Positions 11,345-20,976 are shown, counted from the first letter of the stretch. The stretch: DNA of 64,000 nucleotides from Planctomycetota bacterium (GCA_020851795.1 JADZCA010000013.1:7428-71427); one strand, 5' to 3'. Numbers and translations are program-made. The notes: generated from the letters alone by a model not told the origin.

Positions 11345-14300
11345 CCTCCGCGCCGGACCGCGACCGCGGGGCCGGGCCGACGGACGAGCTCTCCGAGGAC
11401 GTCCTCCCGGCGGTCTTCGCACGCACGGTGCGACGGCACGCCGACCGCGTCGCGGTGGACGTCCCGCCCGGCGACGGCCGCCCTGCTCGCACGACGTGGA
11501 CGTACGCGCGGCTCGACGCGGCCGCGGCACGCCTCGCGGCGGCGCTCGCGCCGTGGGCGGGCGCGGACCGCGTCGTCGCGATCCACCTGCCGCGCCACGA
11601 CCCCACGCTGTTCGCCGCGCAGCTCGCGGTCAGCCGTGCCGGCGCGGCGTGGACCTGCGTGGACGCGTCGTTCCCGGAGGACCACCTCGCCCACGTGCTC
11701 GCCGACGCGAAGGCGGTCGCCGTGCTCACCGACGCCGCGGGGGCCGCACGGCCGGCGGTCGCAGGCTCCGGCGTCGCGGTCCTCGACGCCGCGTCGCTGC
11801 TGTCGGACGCGGCTCCGGCCGCGGCGTCGGCGCCGCGGGGCACCGGGCCGAGGCCGTCGTCGCTGGCCTACGTGATCTACACGTCGGGCACGACCGGCCG
11901 TCCCAAGGGCGTCGCGATCGAGCAGCGTTCGATCGTCAACCTCGTCCGCGGCGACCTCGCGGCGTTCGGGCTCGGTCCCGGGGACCGCGTCGCGCAGGGG
12001 TCGTCGGCCGCCTACGACTCGTCGGTGGAGGAGTCGTGGCTCGCGTTCGCGTCGGGGGCGACGCTGGTCGTCCTCGACGACACGACGGCGCGCCTCGGGC
12101 CCGACCTCGTGCCCTTCCTGCGCGAGGAGGGCGTGACCGTCTTCTGCCCGCCGCCGACGCAGCTGCGGGCGACGGGCTGCGAGGACCCGCGCGCGGCGCT
12201 GCCGGGCCTGCGGCTGCTCTACGTCGGCGGCGAGGCCCTGACGCCCGACGTCGTCGAGCGGTGGGCGCCGGGGCGGCGCCTCGTCAACGGCTACGGCCCG
12301 ACCGAGACCACCGTCACGTCGCTGCGCGGCGACGTCGTCGCGGGCGGCCCCGTGACGATCGGGCGCCCCGTCCCGGGGCTCGAGGCCTTCGTGCTCGACG
12401 AGCGCCTCGAGCCCGTGCCCGACGGCGAGCCCGGTGAGCTGTTCCTCGGCGGTGCGGGCCTCGCGCGCGGCTACCTCGGCAACGACGACCTCACCGCCGA
12501 GCGCTTCCCGACCCACCCGCGCCTCGGCCGGCTCTACCGCACCGGCGACCTCGTGCGCCGCGACGGCGGGGGCGACCACCACTACCTCGGGCGCATCGAC
12601 GCGCAGGTGAAGCTGCGCGGCCACCGCATCGAGCTGTCGGCCGTCGAGGCCGTGATCGCCGCGTGCCCCGGCGTCCGCGCCGTCGGGTGTCGCGTGCAGG
12701 GGAGCGGCGCCGCCGAGCTGCTGGCGGCGCACGTCGTCCCGACCGACCCCGCGGCCCCGCCGCGCGTGGACGAGCTCGAGGCGGCCGTGCGTGCCCGCCT
12801 GCCGAGCGCGGCCGTGCCCGGGCGGTGGGCGTGGCGCGACGCGCTCCCCCAGAACCGCAGCGGCAAGCTCGACCGCGCGGCGCTCCCCGAGCTCGCCGCG
12901 CCCGCGCGCCACGGGGCCCGCGCGCACGTCGCCCCGCGCGACGCGCAGGAGCGCCGCGTCGCGGCCGCGGTGCGCAGCGTCCTCGCGCTCGACGCCGACG
13001 TCTCGGTCGAGGACGACTTCTTCCTCGACCTCGGCGGCACGTCGCTCTCCGCCGCCGTCGTCGTCTCGACGCTGCGGCGTGACCCGGTGTCGGCCGCGGC
13101 GGCCGTGCGCGACGTGTACGAGGGACGCACCGTCGCGGGCATCGCGCGGCGGATCGGCGCCGGGCGCCCCGTCGTGGCGTCGGCGGCGGGGGGCGCCCCG
13201 GGGCCCGCGCCGGTCCCCGCGGCCGCGTCGGTCGGGACGGCCGCGGTGCAGACGCTGTGGCTCCTCGCCGGGCTCGTGCTCTCCTCGGCCGCCGTCGCGT
13301 GGGTCTGGCTCGTGCTCGCGCCCGCCGCGCTCGCCCGCTTCGGCATCGCGGGCACGATGCTCCTCGCGCCGCTGGCGGCGCTCCTGCTCCAGCTCGTGTG
13401 GTTCCCGGGCTCGGTGCTCGTCGTCGCGGCGGCCAAGCGCGTGCTCGTCGGTCGCTACCGCCCGATGCGGGCCCCGGCCGAGGGCGGGTTCGCGCTCCGG
13501 CACTGGCTCGTGACCTCGTTGGCGCGGGCGATCCCGTGGTCGTGGGTGAGCGACACGGTCCTCGTCGGCGTGGCGCTGCGGGCGCTCGGGGCCCGCGTCG
13601 GGGCGCGCGTGCACGTCCACCAGGGCGTGGACCTCACGCGCGGCGGGTGGGACCTGCTCACGTTGGGCGACGACGCCTCGCTCGGGATGGAGTCGTCGGT
13701 GCGCCTCGTCGAGGTCGAGGCGGGCCAGCTCGTCGTCGGGCCCGTCACGCTCGGGCGCGGGGCGACGCTCGACGTCCGGGCGGGAGCGGGCGCCGACACC
13801 GAGCTCGGCGACGGGGCCTACCTCGGGCCGCTCTCCTCGCTCGCGCCCGGGGCGCGCGTCCCGGCGGGCGAGGCGTGGGCGGGCGTCCCGGCGAGCCGCG
13901 TCGGCGACGCACCGCGGCCCGTCGTGGACGGCGGCGCCCGCGCGATGTCGCCCGCGGCGCACGCCGTCCTCACGCTCGCGCTGCGCTTCCTGCGGCCGGT
14001 CGTCGGCGCGTACGGGGCCCTCGTGGCCGTCGTCGCGTGGTGGTGCGCGCGCAGCGGCTTCGACGGCGACGCGCTGATCGCGCTGCTCGCGCACCCCACG
14101 CCGTCGGCGACGGTGGGGGCGCTCGCGCTCCTCTACGCCGCGTCGGTGCCGGTGGGGCTCGTCGCGGCCGCGGTGGGCCTGCGGCTCGTCGGCCGCGTGC
14201 GGCCGGGCACGTGGTCGCGCTGGAGCGTCGCCTACCTGCGCATCCTCGCCAAGACCGAGACCGTGCGCCGCGCGGGCGACCTCCTCGCGGGCACGATGCT

Positions 14301-15351
14301 CTGGCCGCTGTGGCTGACGATGGCGGGGATGCGCGCGGGCCGCCGCTGCGAGGTGAGCACGGTCGAGGAGGTCGTCCCCGAGCTGGTCGAGGTGGGGGGC
14401 GGCTCGTTCCTCACCGACGGCATCTACCTCGGCCCGCCGCGCGTCGTCGCCGGCACGGTGACCGTCGCGGCGACGAGGCTCGGCGCACGCAGCTTCGTCG
14501 GCAACCACGTGGTCGTCCCGCCGGGGACGCAGCTGCCCGACGACGTGCTGCTGGGCGTCTCGACCTTGGCCGACGGGCGCATGCCCGCCGGCACCTCGTG
14601 GTTCGGCCACCCCGCGTTCGAGCTGCCGCGCCGCGAGGTCGTCGTCGCCGACGAACGGCTCACCCACCGTCCCGGCTTCGTCCGTTGGACGACGCGCCTG
14701 CTGTGGGAGCTCGCGCGCTTCCTCATCCCTGCGGGCAACGCGGCGGTGCTCCTCGCGTGGGCCGCGGGGCTGTCCGCGGCGGCCACCGCCTGGCACGGGC
14801 CCGCGCTCTGGTTCGTCGCCGCGCCGGCGCTCGGCTTCCTCGCCGCGGCCGTGCCCTGCGCGTGGGTGGTGGCGGCGAAGTGGCTGCTGCTCGGGCGCGT
14901 GCGGCCCGGCCAGCGCGGCTTCTGGTCGTGCTGGGCGAGCCGGTGGGACTTCCACTACGTGCTGTGGCAGGAGCACGCGCGGCGCGCGCTCTCGCACCTC
15001 GAGGGGACGCCCTGGCTCGCGTGGTACCTGCGCGCGATGGGGTGTCGCATCGGCCGTGGCGTGACGCTCGGGCCGGGCTTCGCACAGGTCGTGGACCCCG
15101 ACATGTTCGACCTCGAGGACGGCGTCACGATGAACGCCTACGTCCAGGCGCACAGCTTCGAGGACCGCGTCCTCAAGCTCGACCGCGTCCACGTCCGGCG
15201 CGGGGCGACGGTGGGGAGCCAGGCGCTGCTGCTCTACGGGGCCGACGTGGGGGAGGGCACGACCGTCGCCCCGCACAGCGTCGTCATGAAGCACGAGCGC
15301 CTGCTGGCGGGGCGTGCCTACGCGGGCGTCCCCACGCAGGCCACCGGCTGA
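11341..15351 (+). CDS. Pls-like single-module NRPS (homopoly-amino-acid synthetase architecture)
   Basis: A-domain cores: YTSGTTGRPKGV (A3), YDSS (A4), NGYGPTE (A5), YRTGD (A7), GRIDAQVKLRGHRIELSAVE (A8), NRSGKLD (A10). PCP motif FFLDLGGTSLSA. Then three TM pairs separating three hexapeptide/LbH-like soluble domains. Confidence 0.75.
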   Translation: MTSAPDRDRGAGPTDELSEDVLPAVFARTVRRHADRVAVDVPPGDGRPARTTWTYARLDAAAARLAAALAPWAGADRVVAIHLPRHDPTLFAAQLAVSRAGAAWTCVDASFPEDHLAHVLADAKAVAVLTDAAGAARPAVAGSGVAVLDAASLLSDAAPAAASAPRGTGPRPSSLAYVIYTSGTTGRPKGVAIEQRSIVNLVRGDLAAFGLGPGDRVAQGSSAAYDSSVEESWLAFASGATLVVLDDTTARLGPDLVPFLREEGVTVFCPPPTQLRATGCEDPRAALPGLRLLYVGGEALTPDVVERWAPGRRLVNGYGPTETTVTSLRGDVVAGGPVTIGRPVPGLEAFVLDERLEPVPDGEPGELFLGGAGLARGYLGNDDLTAERFPTHPRLGRLYRTGDLVRRDGGGDHHYLGRIDAQVKLRGHRIELSAVEAVIAACPGVRAVGCRVQGSGAAELLAAHVVPTDPAAPPRVDELEAAVRARLPSAAVPGRWAWRDALPQNRSGKLDRAALPELAAPARHGARAHVAPRDAQERRVAAAVRSVLALDADVSVEDDFFLDLGGTSLSAAVVVSTLRRDPVSAAAAVRDVYEGRTVAGIARRIGAGRPVVASAAGGAPGPAPVPAAASVGTAAVQTLWLLAGLVLSSAAVAWVWLVLAPAALARFGIAGTMLLAPLAALLLQLVWFPGSVLVVAAAKRVLVGRYRPMRAPAEGGFALRHWLVTSLARAIPWSWVSDTVLVGVALRALGARVGARVHVHQGVDLTRGGWDLLTLGDDASLGMESSVRLVEVEAGQLVVGPVTLGRGATLDVRAGAGADTELGDGAYLGPLSSLAPGARVPAGEAWAGVPASRVGDAPRPVVDGGARAMSPAAHAVLTLALRFLRPVVGAYGALVAVVAWWCARSGFDGDALIALLAHPTPSATVGALALLYAASVPVGLVAAAVGLRLVGRVRPGTWSRWSVAYLRILAKTETVRRAGDLLAGTMLWPLWLTMAGMRAGRRCEVSTVEEVVPELVEVGGGSFLTDGIYLGPPRVVAGTVTVAATRLGARSFVGNHVVVPPGTQLPDDVLLGVSTLADGRMPAGTSWFGHPAFELPRREVVVADERLTHRPGFVRWTTRLLWELARFLIPAGNAAVLLAWAAGLSAAATAWHGPALWFVAAPALGFLAAAVPCAWVVAAKWLLLGRVRPGQRGFWSCWASRWDFHYVLWQEHARRALSHLEGTPWLAWYLRAMGCRIGRGVTLGPGFAQVVDPDMFDLEDGVTMNAYVQAHSFEDRVLKLDRVHVRRGATVGSQALLLYGADVGEGTTVAPHSVVMKHERLLAGRAYAGVPTQATG

Positions 15352-15363
15352 CGCGCCGGCGCT

Positions 15364-15879
15364 TCAGGAGGGCACGACCGTCCGCAGCCACGCGTCGGCC
15401 TCGGCGCGGCTGCGCAGCGTGACGACGCGCCCGCCGGCCGCCTCGAAGGCCGCGAGCTTGCGCAGGACGTCGGGGCGCACCTTGCGGCGGAACCCCCAGA
15501 CCCAGCGAAGGAACGCGAGGTCGAACCGCTCCGGGCATCCCGGCGCCATGTCCGCGCGCACGCGCCCGCGGTCGCGCCACCACCGGCCGAGCACGCCGCG
15601 CAGGCACGTGCGCCGCGGCAGGTCGAGGTGCACGACGGTGTCCGCCCGCGCGGCGCGCATCGGGAGCGTGCGGGCGAAGTTGCCGTCGCAGACCCACGCG
15701 TCGCGCGCGACGAGCTCGGCGACGCGCCGCTCCCACGCGTCGTCGGGCGTCTCCACCCAGCCGGGCCGCCAGAACTCGGCGTCGAGGTGCACCACGGGCA
15801 GCCCGAGGCCGCGCGCGAGCGCGGACGCGAGGCGGCTCTTGCCCCCGCCGCTGCACCCCACGACGAGGACGCGGCGCAT
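15364..15879 (-). CDS. P-loop NTPase, adenylate-kinase-like ('topology modulation' family)
   Basis: Walker A VLVVGCSGGGKS at the N-terminus. About 171 aa. Convergent with the NRPS-like gene. Confidence 0.55.
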   Translation of the reverse strand: MRRVLVVGCSGGGKSRLASALARGLGLPVVHLDAEFWRPGWVETPDDAWERRVAELVARDAWVCDGNFARTLPMRAARADTVVHLDLPRRTCLRGVLGRWWRDRGRVRADMAPGCPERFDLAFLRWVWGFRRKVRPDVLRKLAAFEAAGGRVVTLRSRAEADAWLRTVVPS

Positions 15880-15911
15880 CGGGCCCGGCGACGGAGCGGG
15901 GCCCGGGGCGC

Positions 15912-16994
15912 CTACCACCGCTCGGCGTCGGTGCGCGGGGCCAGCGGGTTCACCTTGAAGGTCTCGCCGTCCACCGTCGTGCCGCCGTAGCCGAAGGACC
16001 CTGCGCCCTTGAGGAAGGCGGCGGGGAAGTCGAGCGTCGGCGCCGAGAGCTCGTCGAGCCGCGCGCGCGCCGCGTCGGTCAGGCGCACCGAGAGCGCCCC
16101 GAGGTTGTCCTCGAGCTGCGCGAGCGTGCGTGCGCCGACGATGAGCGAGGTGACGCCGGGCCGCCCGGCGAGCCACGCGAGCGCGACGCGGGCGGGCGAC
16201 GTGCCCAGCTCGCGCGCGACCCGGACGACCTCGTCCACGACGTCGTAGGCCTTGTCGGAGAGCGAGGCGGTGACCCAGAGCCCGCGCGGCGGCTCGTCCC
16301 TGCCGCGGTTCTCGCGCCGGTACTTGCCCGTGAGCACCCCGAAGCGGAGCGGCGACCACGGGGTCACGCCGAGGCCGAGCTCGCGCGCCATCGGCACCAG
16401 CTCGCCCTCGACCGTCCGCTCGAGCAGCGAGTACTCGACCTGGATCGCGACCAGCGGCGTCCAGCCGCGGAAGTGGGCCGTCGTCACGGCCTGCGCCGTC
16501 TTCCAGGCCGGCGTGTCGGAGAACCCGACGTAGCGCACCTTGCCCGCGCGCACGAGGTCGTCGAGCGCGCGCATCGTCTCCTCGACGGGCGTGAGGCGGT
16601 CCCAGCAGTGCAGCCAGTAGAGGTCGATGTAGTCGGTGCGCAGCCGGCGCAGCGACTGCTCGCACGCCTCGACGACGGACTTGCGCCCCGCGCCGCCGCC
16701 GTTCGGGTCGCCCGTGTGCAGGTTGCTGAAGAACTTGGTCGCCAGCACGGTGCGCCGCCGCCGCGCCGGGTCCGCCCCGATCAGGTCGCCGAGGATCTTC
16801 TCCGCGTGGCCGTGCGTGTAGAAGTTGGCCGTGTCCACGAAGTTGCCGCCGAGCTCGAGGTAGCGGTCGAGCATGCGGGCCGACTCGGCCTCGCTCGCGC
16901 CCCAGCCCCAGTCCTCGCCGAACGTCATCGTGCCGAGGCAGAGCGGGCTCACCCGGAGCCCCGAGCGGCCCAGCGTCACGTAGCGGTCGAGCAT
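15912..16994 (-). CDS. aldo/keto reductase
   Basis: LGTMTFG, GGNFVDTANFY, YIDLYWLH, RYVGFS signatures. 360 aa. Confidence 0.85.
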   Translation of the reverse strand: MLDRYVTLGRSGLRVSPLCLGTMTFGEDWGWGASEAESARMLDRYLELGGNFVDTANFYTHGHAEKILGDLIGADPARRRRTVLATKFFSNLHTGDPNGGGAGRKSVVEACEQSLRRLRTDYIDLYWLHCWDRLTPVEETMRALDDLVRAGKVRYVGFSDTPAWKTAQAVTTAHFRGWTPLVAIQVEYSLLERTVEGELVPMARELGLGVTPWSPLRFGVLTGKYRRENRGRDEPPRGLWVTASLSDKAYDVVDEVVRVARELGTSPARVALAWLAGRPGVTSLIVGARTLAQLEDNLGALSVRLTDAARARLDELSAPTLDFPAAFLKGAGSFGYGGTTVDGETFKVNPLAPRTDAERW

Positions 16995-17271
16995 CGCGGT
17001 CGTCGTCCCGGGGCGGCGCGTCGGCGCGCGACCGCGGGCCCGCCCGGACCCGCGACGCGGCCGGCGATCATGCCGTGCCCCGCACCGAGCCCGCCGAATT
17101 CGTGAGCCCCGACCGGGCCCGACGGGCGCTTCGCGAAGACGCCGCGGGACCCGCGCCCCGAAATCGGACCGGACTTGTCAAGGCTCGGTTGCGACCTCGC
17201 CTCCGCGCACGGTCCCGCCGCGCTTTCGCCGCGACGGATCCCCGGTAGAGTCGCCCCGCGGAGGTCCTCCG

Positions 17272-18720
17272 ATGAAGCGACTCTGGGAGTGGCTGCCCAA
17301 CCTCTGGGCCCACCCGCTCGCCGCCGCCGGCACGGTCGTCACGACGGTCACGGGCTGCACGCTCGTGTTCGTCCTCGCGTCCGACTTCGCAGGCTCGTCG
17401 GGCAACACGTACGCCAGCGGGTTCCTCCTGATCGCGCTGCCGGCGCTGTTCCTCGTCGGCCTGCTGCTGATCCCGGTCGGGATCTGGCTCGATCACAAGC
17501 GGCCCCAGGAGGGCCCGCGCAAGACGCTCGCGGAGAGCGTCTCGGCGCTGTTCACGACACCCAAGGGCCGCCGCAAGCTCTACTTCGTCGTGGGGCTCAC
17601 GCTCGTCAACATCATCCTGCTCGCGAGCATCGGGCACCGCGCCGTGACGTGGATGGACTCGCCGACGTTCTGCGGGACCGCGTGCCACGAGGTGATGCAG
17701 CCGGAGTACGACTCGTACCGCGAGTCGCCCCACGCGCGCGTCAAGTGCGTCGAGTGCCACATCGGGCCGGGCGCGTCCTTCGCGGTGCGCGCCAAGATCG
17801 ACGGCCTCCGCCAGGTCTGGCGCACGCTGCTCGACACGTACGAGCGACCGGTGCCGTCGCCGGTGCACACGCTGCGCCCCTCGCGCGACACCTGCGAGAA
17901 GTGCCACTGGCCCGACCACTTCCACGGCAACCGCGTCGCGTCGTTCGTCCACACGCGCAAGGACGAGGCCAACACCGCCGAGGCGACGGTGCTGCTGCTC
18001 AAGGTCGGCGGGCGCGACCAGGCCACGGGCGACTACCACGGCATCCACTGGCACGTCGCCAAGGACATGGAGGTCCGCTACGAGGCGCTCGACCGCAAGC
18101 GCGAGACGATCGGCAAGGTGACGGTGCTCAAGGAGGGCAAGGTCGTCCGCGAGTACCTCCCGCCGCCCGAGGCGAAGGGCGAGGTCGCCGAGTCCCGGTC
18201 GATGGACTGCATCGACTGCCACAACCGTCCGACCCACGTCTTCGACTTCGACCCCGGCGCCGCGCTCGACCGCGGCTTCGACGAGGGGATCCTCGACCGG
18301 TCCACGAAGTGGCTGCGCGAGGTCGGCGAGTCCGTCCTCGCCAAGACCGACTACCCGCTCGACGACGTCACGGCCTCCGTGCGCAAGCAGCTCGTCGAGT
18401 CCTACAAGGCCGCGCACGCCGACGCGATGCCCGACGCCGCCAAGCTCGACGCCGCCGCGGCGGGCCTCGCCCGGCTGTGGAAGCGCAACGTGTTCCCGCT
18501 GCGCAAGGTCACGTGGGGCACGTACCCGCGCCACCTCGGCCACCAGTCGGCGACGCCGGAGAAGCACGGCTGCTTCCGCTGCCACGACGAGAAGCACAAG
18601 ACCGCCGACGGGAAGGTGCTGCCCTCCGACTGCGAGATCTGCCACGAGACGCTCGCGCAGGAGGAGGAGCCGTCGAGGCTCGACGACACGCTCAAGGCGC
18701 TGCTCGGCACGAAGAAGTGA
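17272..18720 (+). CDS. NapC/NirT-like membrane-anchored multihaem cytochrome c
   Basis: N-terminal TM anchor. Six CxxCH haem motifs (CGTACH, CVECH, CEKCH, CIDCH, CFRCH, CEICH). GGAGG RBS upstream. Confidence 0.8.
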   Translation: MKRLWEWLPNLWAHPLAAAGTVVTTVTGCTLVFVLASDFAGSSGNTYASGFLLIALPALFLVGLLLIPVGIWLDHKRPQEGPRKTLAESVSALFTTPKGRRKLYFVVGLTLVNIILLASIGHRAVTWMDSPTFCGTACHEVMQPEYDSYRESPHARVKCVECHIGPGASFAVRAKIDGLRQVWRTLLDTYERPVPSPVHTLRPSRDTCEKCHWPDHFHGNRVASFVHTRKDEANTAEATVLLLKVGGRDQATGDYHGIHWHVAKDMEVRYEALDRKRETIGKVTVLKEGKVVREYLPPPEAKGEVAESRSMDCIDCHNRPTHVFDFDPGAALDRGFDEGILDRSTKWLREVGESVLAKTDYPLDDVTASVRKQLVESYKAAHADAMPDAAKLDAAAAGLARLWKRNVFPLRKVTWGTYPRHLGHQSATPEKHGCFRCHDEKHKTADGKVLPSDCEICHETLAQEEEPSRLDDTLKALLGTKK

Positions 18721-18742
18721 CCCCGTCGCGCCGCGCCCGAGG

Positions 18743-20239
18743 ATGGCCCCGCACCGCTTCGCGACGCTGACGGCCGACGAGGCCGCCGCCCTGATCCCCG
18801 ACGGGGCCCTCGTGGGCTTCAGCGGCTTCACGCCCGCCGGCTCGGCCAAGGCCGTGCCGCGGGCGCTGACGGCGCGCGCGCGGGCGCTGCACGCTCGCGG
18901 CGAGTCCTACCGGCTGCGGGTGCTCGCCGGCGCCTCGACCGGCAAGGCGCTCGACGAGGAGCTCGCGGGGGCCGACGCGATCGCGTGGCGCGCGCCCTAC
19001 CAGAGCAGCCCGGCGCTGCGCGCGCAGGTCAACGCCGGCCGGGCCCGCTTCGTGGACATGCACCTCTCGTCGGTGCCGCAGATGGTCGCGGCGGGCGAGT
19101 TCGGGCCCCTCGACGTCGCGGTCGTCGAGTGCACCGAGGTCACCCCGGACGGGCGCGTCTACCTCACGAGCAGCGTGGGGGCGTCGCCGACGTGGCTGCA
19201 GTGCGCGCAGCGCGTCGTGCTCGAGGTGAACCGCTGGCACGCGCCGCGCCTGCGCGAACTCACCGACGTCGTGGTGCTGCCGCCGCCGCACCACCGCAGC
19301 CCGATCGCGATCGCCCACCCGATGGACCGCATCGGCTGGCCGTACGCCGCGGTGGACCCGCGCAAGGTGGTCGGGGTGGTCGAGACCGACGAGCCCGACG
19401 GCGTCCCGGCCTTCGACGCGACCGACGGGACCAGCGAGCGCATCGCGGGCCACGTCGTGCGCTTCCTGCTCGGCGAGCTGCGCGCGGGCCGCATCCCGCG
19501 GGAGTTCCTGCCCGTGCAGGCCGGGGTGGGCAACGTCGCCAACGCCGTGCTGCGCGCGCTCGGGTCGGACCCCGACGTCCCGCCGTTCTGGATGTACTCC
19601 GAGGTCCTCCAGGACGCGGTGCTCGAGCTGATGGACGAGGGGAAGATCCTCGGCGCGAGCACGACGGCGCTCACGCTCACCGACCCCGCGATGGCGCGCC
19701 TCTCCTCCGACCTCGACCGCTACGCCTCGCGCGTGGTGCTGCGGCCTCAGGAGGTGTCCAACCACCCCGAGGTGATCCGCCGGCTGGCGCTGATCTCGCT
19801 CAACGCGGCGCTCGAGGTGGACGTCTACGGCCACGTGAACTCGACCCACGTCGCGGGCACGCAGCTGGTCAACGGCATCGGGGGCAGCGGCGACTTCGCG
19901 CGCAACGCGGCGGTGCCCATCTTCGTGGCGCCCTCGACCGCCAAGGGCGGGCGCATCTCGACGATCGTGCCGATGTGCAGCCACGTGGACCACAACGAGC
20001 ACTCGACGCGCGTCATCGTGACCGAGCAGGGGCTGGCCGACCTGCGCGGCCTCGGGCCCGACGAGCGGGCCGCCGCGATCATCGAGAGCTGCGCGCACCC
20101 GGCCTACCGCGACTACCTGCTGCGCTACCTCGAGCGCGCGCGGGTCGGCCACCTCCGCCACGACCTCCGCACCTGCTTCGAGCTGCACCTCAACCTCGTC
20201 GAGCACGGCGCGATGCTGCCCGGCCTGCGGGTGGAGTAG
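18743..20239 (+). CDS. acetyl-CoA hydrolase/transferase family protein (CoA-transferase)
   Basis: 498 aa. GFSGFTPAGSAKA N-terminal motif and GIGGSGDF C-terminal motif typical of the family. Confidence 0.8.
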   Translation: MAPHRFATLTADEAAALIPDGALVGFSGFTPAGSAKAVPRALTARARALHARGESYRLRVLAGASTGKALDEELAGADAIAWRAPYQSSPALRAQVNAGRARFVDMHLSSVPQMVAAGEFGPLDVAVVECTEVTPDGRVYLTSSVGASPTWLQCAQRVVLEVNRWHAPRLRELTDVVVLPPPHHRSPIAIAHPMDRIGWPYAAVDPRKVVGVVETDEPDGVPAFDATDGTSERIAGHVVRFLLGELRAGRIPREFLPVQAGVGNVANAVLRALGSDPDVPPFWMYSEVLQDAVLELMDEGKILGASTTALTLTDPAMARLSSDLDRYASRVVLRPQEVSNHPEVIRRLALISLNAALEVDVYGHVNSTHVAGTQLVNGIGGSGDFARNAAVPIFVAPSTAKGGRISTIVPMCSHVDHNEHSTRVIVTEQGLADLRGLGPDERAAAIIESCAHPAYRDYLLRYLERARVGHLRHDLRTCFELHLNLVEHGAMLPGLRVE

Positions 20240-20243
20240 GGCG

Positions 20244-20288
20244 CAGCTCGGTGCCAGGCACCGCGACGCGGTGCCTGGCACCGAGCTG
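20244..20288. terminator. 45-bp perfect palindrome between convergent genes (bidirectional terminator candidate)
   Basis: cagctcggtgccaggcaccgcg-a-cgcggtgcctggcaccgagctg: 22-bp perfect arms. Confidence 0.5.
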
Positions 20289-20298
20289 GGGGCGGTGT

Positions 20299-20898
20299 TC
20301 AGCGGGTGGGGCGCTCGGTGGGGGGCACCGGACCGGGGCCGGGCAGCGGCGGCCCGCCGTCGCCCCGGGCCTCGCGCTCGAGCAGCGTCTCGACGTCGGG
20401 GGCGCGGTAGAGGACGCGGCCCCCGTGGGCCGCGAGGCCGCCCGTGTCGGCCGTGGGGCCGTACGTGGACGACAGCGCGACGCCGCGCGCGCGCAGGAGC
20501 GCCGTCAGCTGGCCGCGGTGGTGCGCCGTGTGGGTGAAGCGCCGGACGAGCACCCACGCGCGCGGCCGCTCGACGTCGAAGAACCGCGTCGGCTCGAGGA
20601 ACCACGCGTCGGACTGCCGGCGCAGCGCGTCGAGGCGGCGCCCGGACGCCTCGGCGTACGTGCGCAGGAAGGCCGCCGTGGTCTCCGTCGCGGGGAGCGG
20701 CGCGAGCCCCACGTCGATCCCGAGCATCGTCCGCATCCAGCCGTCCTCGCTCGTGCACTGGTGCACCATGTGCTCGTGCGGCGAGCGCGCGCGGGGCTCC
20801 GGGCGCGCGTCGAAGGCGTCCGCAGGCACCTGCGCCCACACCGACAGCGTCTTCAGCCGCTCGGTCGCGTACGTGTCCACGAGGAAGTCGAACGTCAT
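20299..20898 (-). CDS. DinB/YfiT-like (DinB_2) metal-dependent hydrolase-fold protein
   Basis: 199 aa from ATG 20898. HxxxH-type motif (HTAHHRGQL). The remaining 3.3 kb of this ORF frame is antisense to msrA and the neighbouring genes, and I discarded it. Confidence 0.65.
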   Translation of the reverse strand: MTFDFLVDTYATERLKTLSVWAQVPADAFDARPEPRARSPHEHMVHQCTSEDGWMRTMLGIDVGLAPLPATETTAAFLRTYAEASGRRLDALRRQSDAWFLEPTRFFDVERPRAWVLVRRFTHTAHHRGQLTALLRARGVALSSTYGPTADTGGLAAHGGRVLYRAPDVETLLEREARGDGGPPLPGPGPVPPTERPTR

Positions 20899-20963
20899 GG
20901 GGCCTCCGGGCGCGCGCGATCCCCGACTACCACGGCCGGCCGGTCCGACGATGCGGCGATCGG

Positions 20964-20976
20964 TTGCAGAATGCAA
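20964..20976. promoter_or_regulatory. palindrome TTGCA-N3-TGCAA in the dinB-like / msrA divergent region
   Basis: ttgcagaatgcaa. A related site gtgcaaaatgcaa lies at 61477-61489. Confidence 0.25.

Noticed and set aside
11152-15294. 1380-aa minus-strand ORF antisense to the NRPS-like gene
   Set aside because: Extreme R/G/D/E composition typical of an antisense frame in high-GC DNA. The plus-strand frame has all NRPS core motifs.
17090-17130. Short sequence resembling the repeat element's terminal inverted repeat
   Set aside because: Only about 25 bp of similarity. I treat it as a possible fragment, not a copy.
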